A stretch of DNA of 63,989 nucleotides, the filler included, from a bacterium (GTDB lineage: Bacteria > UBA9089 > CG2-30-40-21 > SBAY01): the NCBI GenBank assembly GCA_040757115.1. It is 5 parts of 5 records of this genome, joined end to end, with 100 filler letters (N's around TTAATTAATTAA, not from the genome) between each part and the next. Parts side by side here need not be neighbours in the genome. Positions count along the whole stretch, not along the records: positions 1 to 26,595 come from JBFLYA010000030.1; positions 26,696 to 30,733 come from JBFLYA010000306.1; 3 more parts are not named here. One strand, 5' to 3'. Of the stretch, positions 19,126 to 27,651 are shown one piece after another; the stretch's first letter is position 1, and each line of letters starts with the position of its first letter. The notes beneath the pieces were generated by a model. That model saw only the letters and a list, made by a program, of their open reading frames with translations. It searched no databases and was not told the DNA's origin. A program made the position numbers and the translations under genes.

Positions 19126-19257
19126 GTCTAACCAATCGCTGCACCTGACTGCGGGGGGCTGTGCCGTTTTCAATGTTTTGTGGTATCTCAAGCTTTTATC
19201 TTGTTTACAAAGTTTGGTGGTAGTCCTCCCCGCAGCAGGTGAGCTCTATCGTTGTGC
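19126..19257 (+). repeat. attC
   Basis: GTCTAAC...GTTGTGC. Confidence 0.9.
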
Positions 19258-19276
19258 GGAAGGAGGTTGAAAGAAA

Positions 19277-20506
19277 ATGCGAGGATTTCATACCGCTGTA
19301 ACACTTTTCCTGGTAATTCTGGCCGCAATACCACGCGTGTTCTCTGCAGAGGCGCCCTCTGCTGATCTAAAGGCCGTTGTCAATGGTAATACCCAGTTTG
19401 CGCTTGATTTGTATTCAAAGTTGAAAGAGACGACGGAAGCCAATCTCTTTTTCTCTCCGTACAGTATCTCGGTCGCACTGGCCATGACTTATGGCGGTGC
19501 ACGAGGCAACACGGCAAAGGAGATGGAAAATAGTCTGCATTTCACACTTAAAGAAAAAACCCATCTGGCATTTGCTGAACTGGACACGAGGCTTGACGAA
19601 GTACAGAGGAAAAGGAAAGTGCAATTGCACATTGCGAATTCCCTTTGGCCTCAAAAGGACTACCGTTTTCTTCCTGAATACATCTCGTTGATAAAGCAGC
19701 ACTACGGAGTCTCCATCACACCATTGGACTACACCAAAGCAGTGGAGGAAGCTTGTAGGATCATCAACAAATGGGTTGAAGATGAGACAAAGGAGAAGAT
19801 CAAAGACCTTATTCGTAAAGGCGGTCTGAATCCTCTAGTCCGTCTCGTCTTGGTCAACGCTATTTATTTCAAAGGAGACTGGGCCAGTCAATTCGATCCA
19901 AAACAAACAGCCAACATCAACTTCACCTTATTAAACGGCGAGAAGAAGCGAGTTCCTATGATGCAGCAGAAAGGTAAGTTCAGATACCGGGAGATAGAAA
20001 AGGCTCAATTGTTGGAGTTGCCCTATATTGGCAAGCAATTATCAATGATAATTCTTCTCCCACAGGACCCAAATGGCCTTTCCGATATTGAGAATCAATT
20101 GTCAGAAAGGAAACTCGATTCTTGGTTTTCCAACCTTACTGAGGAGGAAGTCAAGGTTTACCTACCTAAGTTCAAAATAACTTGGGGTACATTTGAACTG
20201 AACGATCAGCTCAAAGCATTGGGTATGCGAGATGCTTTCGTTTTTAGCCGGGCTGACTTCTCTGGCATGGATGGCACGAAAGATCTGTATATCAGTTTGG
20301 TCCTTCATAAAGCCTTCGTTGAAGTCAATGAAGAGGGTACTGAGGCAGCCGCAGCCACAGCTGTGACTATGAAGGTAGGAGGTCGTCTTCCTAGAATACG
20401 AACCTTCAAAGCAGATCACCCATTTGTTTTTTTCATCCGTGACAATACCACAGGAAGTATTTTGTTTCTCGGTAGAGTAGTCGACCCAAGCAAAAAAGAA
20501 GAATAA
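19277..20506 (+). CDS. Secreted serpin (inhibitory type)
   Basis: Signal peptide, NLFFSPYSI, LVNAIYFKGDW, hinge EEGTEAAAATAV, FKADHPFVF. Confidence 0.95.
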   Translation: MRGFHTAVTLFLVILAAIPRVFSAEAPSADLKAVVNGNTQFALDLYSKLKETTEANLFFSPYSISVALAMTYGGARGNTAKEMENSLHFTLKEKTHLAFAELDTRLDEVQRKRKVQLHIANSLWPQKDYRFLPEYISLIKQHYGVSITPLDYTKAVEEACRIINKWVEDETKEKIKDLIRKGGLNPLVRLVLVNAIYFKGDWASQFDPKQTANINFTLLNGEKKRVPMMQQKGKFRYREIEKAQLLELPYIGKQLSMIILLPQDPNGLSDIENQLSERKLDSWFSNLTEEEVKVYLPKFKITWGTFELNDQLKALGMRDAFVFSRADFSGMDGTKDLYISLVLHKAFVEVNEEGTEAAAATAVTMKVGGRLPRIRTFKADHPFVFFIRDNTTGSILFLGRVVDPSKKEE

Positions 20507-20511
20507 TGACC

Positions 20512-20644
20512 GCACAACAAATCGTTGCAGCGGACGGCGGGGGACTGTACCGTGATTGAAAGTTTTGTAATATCTCAATGGATAATCGTGTTTACAAAGT
20601 TTAGTGGTAATCCTCCCCGCCGCCGCTGAACTTTGTCGTTAGAA
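20512..20644 (+). repeat. attC
   Basis: GCACAAC...GTTAGAA. Confidence 0.9.
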
Positions 20645-20738
20645 TGAAAAAATAATCATACAAAGTCACAAAGAAATTGAATAAAAAGAATAAATCTTTG
20701 TGTACTTTGAGGCTTTGTGTGAGGATATAAAAGAAAAA

Positions 20739-20874
20739 TTCTAACCCTTCGCTGCACCTGACTGCGAGGGGCTGTGGCGTGATTGAGATAGTTTTGTAGT
20801 TTACCAGAGTTTTATCTTGCTTATGAAAGTTTGGTGGTAATTCTCCCCGCCGCATCTGAACTTTATCGTTAGAC
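20739..20874 (+). repeat. attC
   Basis: TTCTAAC...GTTAGAC. Confidence 0.9.
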
Positions 20875-21062
20875 AGGCTGGGCAGACAAGAAGAAGGATG
20901 AGTTATTCCTGTTGGAAGTTTTGGTGAGAATATTTGCTCCTTTAGTGGACTATACCAGGACTGCGAGATTGATGCTTTCCTGAAAGAGTTGCTTATTCCT
21001 TAGAAGCAACAGGGGGAGGCTAAGAGGGGCTACTGAAAGGTGATAGTTAAGTAAGATAGAGG

Positions 21063-21429
21063 GTAACTATTCAGCATACCAAGCAAGTAGGAAGTAGGAA
21101 GTAGGAAAGTAGGAAGTAGGAAGAGGGGAAAATACTTCATACTATTTTACTCTTAATTGATTTGATTAAACCTATAAGCATCCTACTCACTTCTTCAGAT
21201 ATATCCCAAATGGATTGAAAATCTGGCAGATAATTAAGATCTTTAGATAGAATTAGATAATACCTTTCTTACTTTCCTACTCTCCTACTTCCTACTTTCA
21301 GGAGGAAATAGTAGGCAAGTAGGTAGTAGGAAAGGGATAAAGGATGTGCACGGTATTCCTCTTCTGGGGACAATGTCTCCCCTTTCCTACTTCCCTACTC
21401 TCCTACTTTCCTACAGGCTGAATAGTTAC
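21063..21429. mobile_element. MITE with GTAACTATTCAG TIRs, 8-bp TSD GATAGAGG, GTAGGAA arrays and four-helix-bundle relic
   Basis: TSD at 21055-21062 and 21430-21437; near-identical copy at 40653-41122. Confidence 0.9.
21137..21265 (-). pseudogene. C-terminal relic of four-helix-bundle (23S-IVP/Avd-like) protein
   Basis: RYYLILSKDLNYLPDFQSIWDISEEVSRMLIGLIKSIKSKIV*. Confidence 0.7.
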
Positions 21430-21471
21430 GATAGAGGAAGTAAAAAGAAAGAGACGGCGAAGTGCAGCTTT

Positions 21472-21603
21472 TTCTAACCCTTCGCTGCACCTGACTGCGG
21501 GGGACTGTGCCGTGGTCAGAGTTTTGTGGTCTCTCAAAGTTTTATCTTGCTATCAAACTTTTGTGGTAATTCTCCCCGCCGCACCTGAACTTTATCGTTA
21601 GCT
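21472..21603 (+). repeat. attC
   Basis: TTCTAAC...GTTAGCT. Confidence 0.9.
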
Positions 21604-21739
21604 CGCATAAATAGTTCAGAGGAAAACTTTTTGATTGACAGAGAGTAAAATTCTCGCTAAAATACTTTCAGAGGGAACAAAAATGGGTATAACAGTCAAA
21701 ACACTCAAAAAGCAAATTTCTATCAGTTGAAGGTGTAGA

Positions 21740-24718
21740 ATGAATGCTTTTTTAATACTTATCGTAGTTGTAATTATAGCAGGTATTTCCGCCGCCTCAG
21801 GTAATGTAAATAATTTTAACTTGCTTTGTATTCTATTCCTGTTATTTTTGGTTATACGATTAAGAAGTAAATTTAAGACAATTTTAGCCCACATTGCGTC
21901 TATTGAAGAAGATTTAGAGGATTTAAAAAATATCCAATCAACCCACTTACCAGAAAAAGAAATAGAGCCTACTTTACCCTCCTTAGATGAATCCAAATTT
22001 GCTGAGCCACAACCAGAACTTGCTTTTGAAGTTCAACCAGTTACTTCTGAAAAAGTCCAGCTACAAGAAGTATCTCCTATTTTGAAGACAAAATGTGACT
22101 GGTTGCCAAAACTTACTGAAAAATTTGCTGAGAATTGGACAGGAATATTAGGTGCAATTACTATGGTTATGGGGGTAGCATTCTTAGGTATCTATGCCGC
22201 ACTAAAATGCACACCATTTTATCGATTTATTATCATGGTGATTTTTTCGGGGATATTGACGGGCTTATTTTTTATTTTGAAGGAAAAACCACCATGGCGT
22301 AAGTTATCACTATGGTTGAGAAGTAGTGCTGGGGCAATCTTTTTATTTGCCTGCTTGGGTTCTGGTGGTATTCCCGGGCTACAATGGATTATAGACCCTT
22401 TCAACGCACTTGTTTTACTACTGTTTGGAATCAGTGCAAATATATATTTAAGTTACATTGGCAAGACGCCGCTTTATGCCTCATTCCATGTGGTATTAAA
22501 TCTCATTGCACTATCAATAGCCCCACAAACAACTATTGTTTTTATTGTTGCTGGAATTGTAACATTGTTAGGCATTGTGATTAATTATAAAGAAAAATGG
22601 GAATATCATCTAATTACCTGTATCTCAGCTTTTTTCCTTTATCACCTATACTGGTATTTTACTAAAACTGCAGAGATGACCGATATCCAACATTATCTGG
22701 GTATGGGAAATGTAGCGTTGGTCAGTTTTACTGCCTTATTAGTTCATTATCGGGATATTTATAAAACTAAAAATTTCGAATACATCCCATTTATCTCCCA
22801 TTTTCTAAACTGGTTTTATTTTGGTATTGGTATTTGGATACATTCATTTGATTTTAATGGCAGACCAATTATTATTATCGTTGGTGCATTTGTATCATTT
22901 TTCATTGCCCAAAAAGCAAAAAAGAAAGGCATTCGGTGGGTTTATACGACTGATATGCTGGTCGCCCAAATTGGGATTTTGCTGGCGATTGTATCAATGA
23001 CTATGTGGAAAATGGAAATATATTACCTTTTGGGATTAATGTATCTTGAAACATTATTGTATAGTTTTGTGGTTTTGAAAGAAAATGAAAGGCTTCTTTT
23101 CCGTATCGGGATATGGCTTGCCAATGTATTATCTCTTATCTTACTGATTACCGCATTTAAGAGTATCAATTTTTCTGATACTATGTTACTATATAAACAT
23201 TCAACAACACTGTTAATTACCGTAGTGATAGGAGTTTTCTTCCATTTGTATCAAGCAAAATATGGAGGAGAGGTTTTTGACTGTATATCAGTTTATATTA
23301 CAAAAACAGGTTCTGAGTATTTGCACAAGTTTTCGGTATCCGGAATTCTGTTACCCATTATGGGATTTACTGTCTATTTTCATTTAGCTCAGATGATGTG
23401 GGGACCAGTTGTAGTAATGATAATCGGAATAAGTTTTCTGTATGCACGGCAGAAATATCAACTCAATGGATTCGGTATTGGCATCCTCCTGTATCTTTTG
23501 GGAGTTTATTATCTTGGGTGGTATAAAATATATAGATTCAATAATTGGGATGAGAAAATTATATATAGTCTGCCGTTTTTTTTCTTATCCTTCGCCAGTA
23601 TTAAGTTATCCTACCTTGAAAAAATCAACAATTATGCAAAATATGTTGGTATTTATCTGCTATATATTCATCTTGCATTTACCGTCCATTATGCATTTAA
23701 TTCTATATCTCCTTTTATCAGTGGAATTGTCTGGCTTTGTATCAGCATCATCAATTTAGAAATTGCAACATTCTTGCGCACAAAATATGGTGATACAATA
23801 ATTCAAAAAGGTTCACCTGACCGCTTTCTGATGCACATCGGATATATTTTCATTGGACTCTTTCTAATTCGGCATATTTGTGTTCACCTACAATCTGAAA
23901 TATACATCGGGCTCATTCAACTGCGATTTTTAATAGAACTATTCGCATTGTTGACATTTGTGTATTGGCTACTCCATAAAAAACCACAGATGCAGATTAT
24001 TGATAAACATTGGATTCGTATCTATCCATTGATGGTGGAACTTATTGTGCTTTTTTCAGTACTTACCATTGCTGTTGAGTTATCTTCTAAATGGCATCCT
24101 GTAGCATGGGGAATCTCTGCATTTATCTGCCTATTTTTAGGTCAAACATTTTCATCAAGATTATCTCAATTAAAGTTTTATTCGCTATTATTTTCGTGGG
24201 CAAATGCATTTCATGTAGCATTTAAAACCGCAGTAGAAATTACGCCATCAACAAAATGGCATGAGCAGTCATGGATGAGTGGATTAATTGCCATTGTATT
24301 GCAATTTATGTACATCGTGTGGATTCACCGAAAAAATATTTTTACTCCTATCGAATTTCCACCAATACTTAAATCCCTTTCGCATTGGGTTGGGGTGATA
24401 CAAAAAAGAAAAAATCTCTGGATTTATTACCCATTGTTCCTCAGTATCACTATGTTTCTTTATTTCTCATTTGAGAAATCAATATTAACGCTTCTCTTAG
24501 TATTAGAATGCTTTTTTATTTTTGTTATCAGCCTTATATTGCGAGAGGACAACTTTCGGTATCTTTCAATGGCAGGACTTATCCTCTGTCTTATCCGACT
24601 TATTTTCTATGATTTGGTACAGGCGGGGACTTTGATGAGGGCTGTTGTATTTTTATGTGTTGGTATTATTATGCTTGGTATGAATTTTATTTATAGCAAA
24701 TATAAACAGAGGCAATAG
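21740..24718 (+). CDS. Large polytopic membrane protein (DUF2339-like)
   Basis: ENWTGILG after a soluble linker, many TM helices, C-terminal RLIFYDL..RAVVF. Confidence 0.7.
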   Translation: MNAFLILIVVVIIAGISAASGNVNNFNLLCILFLLFLVIRLRSKFKTILAHIASIEEDLEDLKNIQSTHLPEKEIEPTLPSLDESKFAEPQPELAFEVQPVTSEKVQLQEVSPILKTKCDWLPKLTEKFAENWTGILGAITMVMGVAFLGIYAALKCTPFYRFIIMVIFSGILTGLFFILKEKPPWRKLSLWLRSSAGAIFLFACLGSGGIPGLQWIIDPFNALVLLLFGISANIYLSYIGKTPLYASFHVVLNLIALSIAPQTTIVFIVAGIVTLLGIVINYKEKWEYHLITCISAFFLYHLYWYFTKTAEMTDIQHYLGMGNVALVSFTALLVHYRDIYKTKNFEYIPFISHFLNWFYFGIGIWIHSFDFNGRPIIIIVGAFVSFFIAQKAKKKGIRWVYTTDMLVAQIGILLAIVSMTMWKMEIYYLLGLMYLETLLYSFVVLKENERLLFRIGIWLANVLSLILLITAFKSINFSDTMLLYKHSTTLLITVVIGVFFHLYQAKYGGEVFDCISVYITKTGSEYLHKFSVSGILLPIMGFTVYFHLAQMMWGPVVVMIIGISFLYARQKYQLNGFGIGILLYLLGVYYLGWYKIYRFNNWDEKIIYSLPFFFLSFASIKLSYLEKINNYAKYVGIYLLYIHLAFTVHYAFNSISPFISGIVWLCISIINLEIATFLRTKYGDTIIQKGSPDRFLMHIGYIFIGLFLIRHICVHLQSEIYIGLIQLRFLIELFALLTFVYWLLHKKPQMQIIDKHWIRIYPLMVELIVLFSVLTIAVELSSKWHPVAWGISAFICLFLGQTFSSRLSQLKFYSLLFSWANAFHVAFKTAVEITPSTKWHEQSWMSGLIAIVLQFMYIVWIHRKNIFTPIEFPPILKSLSHWVGVIQKRKNLWIYYPLFLSITMFLYFSFEKSILTLLLVLECFFIFVISLILREDNFRYLSMAGLILCLIRLIFYDLVQAGTLMRAVVFLCVGIIMLGMNFIYSKYKQRQ

Positions 24719-24720
24719 AT

Positions 24721-25599
24721 ATGGGTAATTGGCGATTTTTACTCCTTTTTATTATTATAATCTTTGGCATTTCGCTTACAGTCATTAGTTTTAGAAAACA
24801 AATAAAAACACCTTTATCCTCTACACTCGCTCCTTTTTTTCAAATACTGGGAATATCAGTCAAGTCAGTTAACACAGCGATTTCCAGAATCATTCCCGTT
24901 GATGTACTTGACGAAAAAGAATATGGAGAAGCGATAGCCAAAGAGATTGAGTGTTCTTTGAGTGATAAAGGTACAGAGCACATATATTTAAATAATATTG
25001 TAACTCATCTGAGCCGATACGCCAAAAAGCCATTTAAGTACCGTGTTTATGTTGATGATTATGGAGGAATACCTAATGCCTATGCACTTCCGGGTGGAGT
25101 AATTGTTGTTTCAAAGGCACTGCTTACAGTTTTGAACTCAGAGGCAGAGGTTGCCGCAGTTATTGCCCATGAAATGGGGCATATTGAATTATCACATTGC
25201 TTTGAAGCAGTAAAATATGAGTTACTTATGAGGAAAATAAAGAATGCTTCATTAGGTCAACTGGCTGATATGGCGATAGCTGTTCTTATTCGGCATTCTT
25301 TCAGCAAAACACAGGAAAACGAAGCAGATGAATATGCATACAACCTTATCTTACAGACAAAGTATGACCCGCTTTGTGTAGGCAAAGCATTCAAAAGTCT
25401 TAATTCCTGGTATGAAAAACATATAGATAATAGACAATCAGATGATGAGGCTAATATTATACGGGACTATTTTCTTTCTCACCCCCCGTTGAAGTTACGG
25501 ATGGAAAAGTTCACTGAGCGGGCTCAAGTATGGTGGAAAACGCACCCAAAAGAAAAACGGTTTTGGGGTGAAAGGAGAGAAGAACCGAAAGGATCGTAA
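24721..25599 (+). CDS. M48-family zinc metallopeptidase
   Basis: PNAYALPGG, AHEMGH, ENEAD, FLSHP. Confidence 0.9.
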   Translation: MGNWRFLLLFIIIIFGISLTVISFRKQIKTPLSSTLAPFFQILGISVKSVNTAISRIIPVDVLDEKEYGEAIAKEIECSLSDKGTEHIYLNNIVTHLSRYAKKPFKYRVYVDDYGGIPNAYALPGGVIVVSKALLTVLNSEAEVAAVIAHEMGHIELSHCFEAVKYELLMRKIKNASLGQLADMAIAVLIRHSFSKTQENEADEYAYNLILQTKYDPLCVGKAFKSLNSWYEKHIDNRQSDDEANIIRDYFLSHPPLKLRMEKFTERAQVWWKTHPKEKRFWGERREEPKGS

Positions 25600-25807
25600 C
25601 TAAAGCTCCTTTTGTGAAATCAGCAAATCTGTGTAATCCGCAGAGAACATAAATTAACAAATCAAAAATTTATTAGAATACAAAATGTTGGGGGAAAAGA
25701 CACCTAATGTGCAGGGACAAATTACAATCTCTAAAGAATATCGTAAGCGCTCAGGTGTAAGTAAGGGAAAATGGAAAAGTAGGGAAAAAGGGGAAAATAT
25801 AACTCAA

Positions 25808-26470
25808 AGAGATAAGTCCCCAAACACAAATTTATATTCTGTATCGAGACATAAGGACTTACGGCTTCCGTGAAGATTACTATCGTCAAGCACGCGAGGC
25901 GGGAGTAATCTTTATTCGATACGAAGAAGATGCAAAACCAAAGGTCAGAAGACAGAGGACAGACAACAGACCACAGACAACAGACCACAGAGGACAGATG
26001 ACTGATGACAGAAGTCAGATGTCAGGAGTTAGATTCTTTCCGAGTCCCGAATCCCGAGTCCCGAACCCCGAGTCCCGAGCCCCGAGCCCCGATTTTGAGT
26101 CAGAAATCGAAAATCTCCTGGAAGTAGAAGTTGTTGACCCGATAATGGGAGAGAAATTGGTTTTGAATCCGAATTTGGTGGTGCTGGCACCGGCTATTCT
26201 TTCAGACCCAGGAAATGAAAGTTTATCTCCATTGTTGAAAAGGTAACATTGAATGCCGAGCGATTTTTCCTTGAAGCGCATATGAAACTTCGGCCGGTAG
26301 ATTTTGCTTCAGAGGGTATGTTTTTATGTGGGCTGGCACATTCACCCAGGCTGATTGAAGAGTCCATCGCCCAGTCACAAGCCGCCGCTGGTCGAGCGGC
26401 TACTATCCTTGCAAAAGACCACTTAGATGTAGGTGGAGTTGTTTCGGTTATTGACGGAAATAAATGCGTT
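25808..26470 (+). pseudogene. hdrA: Duplicated, frameshifted 3' fragment of hdrA
   Basis: Near-identical to ~6361-7048 except for single-base indels and a different repeat insert. Confidence 0.9.
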
Positions 26471-26695
26471 ATCACCTATTTCGAACCGATAGTTATTCCC
26501 ACTTTTTTCCCTGGTCACTTGAACTGAAAGTCTAAGGAGTGGTTGTTCAGCCAGGAGACTTTGGGGTTAACTCCTTTGCTTTTAAGTTTCTCTTCNNNNN
26601 NNNNNNNNNNNNNNNNNNNNNNNNNNNNNNNNNNNNNNNTTAATTAATTAANNNNNNNNNNNNNNNNNNNNNNNNNNNNNNNNNNNNNNNNNNNN

Positions 26696-26821
26696 TGTTT
26701 TCCACAATCAATTTCTACCTATTTCTATAAATTTCAATCTATTTCTATTATCTTATCTCCATATCACTCTTATCTCCTTATCCCCTTTCTTACACTTTTG
26801 ATATATAGCCTGAACGGTTAC
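26696..26821. mobile_element. End of high-copy MITE (…GCCTGAACGGTTAC)
   Basis: Continues the element seen at 63866-63989 (overlap TGTTTTCCACAAT); 9-mer arms. Confidence 0.7.
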
Positions 26822-26875
26822 ACCTAATTTATCATAGATTTTCACAAAAGTCAATTTTTTTTAATGTGGTTAACT

Positions 26876-27637
26876 TTACAGAGGCGATAGGATTTTCTCT
26901 ATTTTCCAATTAAATCTTTTATTCTGTATCTTAAATTTTACCCTTAAAAAGGCAATAATTCCCAGCAAAATAACCCCAAAAGCATCTCTAAACCTTGCCC
27001 CTGGCACATAAGTATCAACATTTACAGGATAGTTATTATCCATTTTAATCTTAAGTCGTGCGGCAATAATTCCCATTTCTTGCTCACAACTATAGCGATA
27101 ACCGGTATAATAAGGTAATATCTTATTTATTACTTTTGCCTCAAAGATTCTAAATCCTGATTCAACATCATTAAATCTAAATCCACTGATAAAAGATGCC
27201 CAGAGAGAAAGAAATCTATTCCCGAATTTCTTATAAAAAGGATAGATTGAAAAATCCCGTTTGGTAATAACCATCTCAAATCTTCCTTTCTCTAAATATT
27301 CGATGATTGATGTGATATTTTCTGGTTCATGTTGTCCATCGGCATCAATAGTGATAATTAAATCATCCGGAGAGAGCTGGTTTGAGTCTAATAGATGTTT
27401 GACAAAACAAAAGCAATTCCAGAATACCTTACCTTTGCCACTATTGGGGTTTAATGAGAAGAAATAGAAATTTTCCGCGTGGTTTCTGTTCCATTCAATA
27501 ATCTTTTGTTTAGAGGTATCCGTAGAACCATCATCAACGACAATGAAGGTATGGACATAAGGCTTTAAGCGATTTAAGACATCAACAACTGTTTTTTCTT
27601 CATTAAATACGGGTAGGATAACAATTCTTTTTCTCAT
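26876..27637 (-). CDS. GT2 glycosyltransferase (DPM-synthase-like)
   Basis: PVFNEE, VVDDGSTD, TIDADGQH, DVESGFR. Confidence 0.9.
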   Translation of the reverse strand: MRKRIVILPVFNEEKTVVDVLNRLKPYVHTFIVVDDGSTDTSKQKIIEWNRNHAENFYFFSLNPNSGKGKVFWNCFCFVKHLLDSNQLSPDDLIITIDADGQHEPENITSIIEYLEKGRFEMVITKRDFSIYPFYKKFGNRFLSLWASFISGFRFNDVESGFRIFEAKVINKILPYYTGYRYSCEQEMGIIAARLKIKMDNNYPVNVDTYVPGARFRDAFGVILLGIIAFLRVKFKIQNKRFNWKIEKILSPL

Positions 27638-27651
27638 CCCTTATCCTAACT

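Larger units (their letters stand above)
8310..25600 (+). mobile_element. Integron gene-cassette array
   Basis: 16 complete attC sites plus 2 remnants separating co-oriented ORFs, next to a divergent intI. Confidence 0.93.

Noticed and set aside
9080-21603. Regularly recurring ~130-bp repeats as a CRISPR array
   Set aside because: They have RYYYAAC/GTTRRRY attC structure with gene-sized spacers, and there are no cas genes
26471-26595. Possible IS end or transposase C-terminus truncating the hdrA duplicate
   Set aside because: Too short and cut by the contig end to assign
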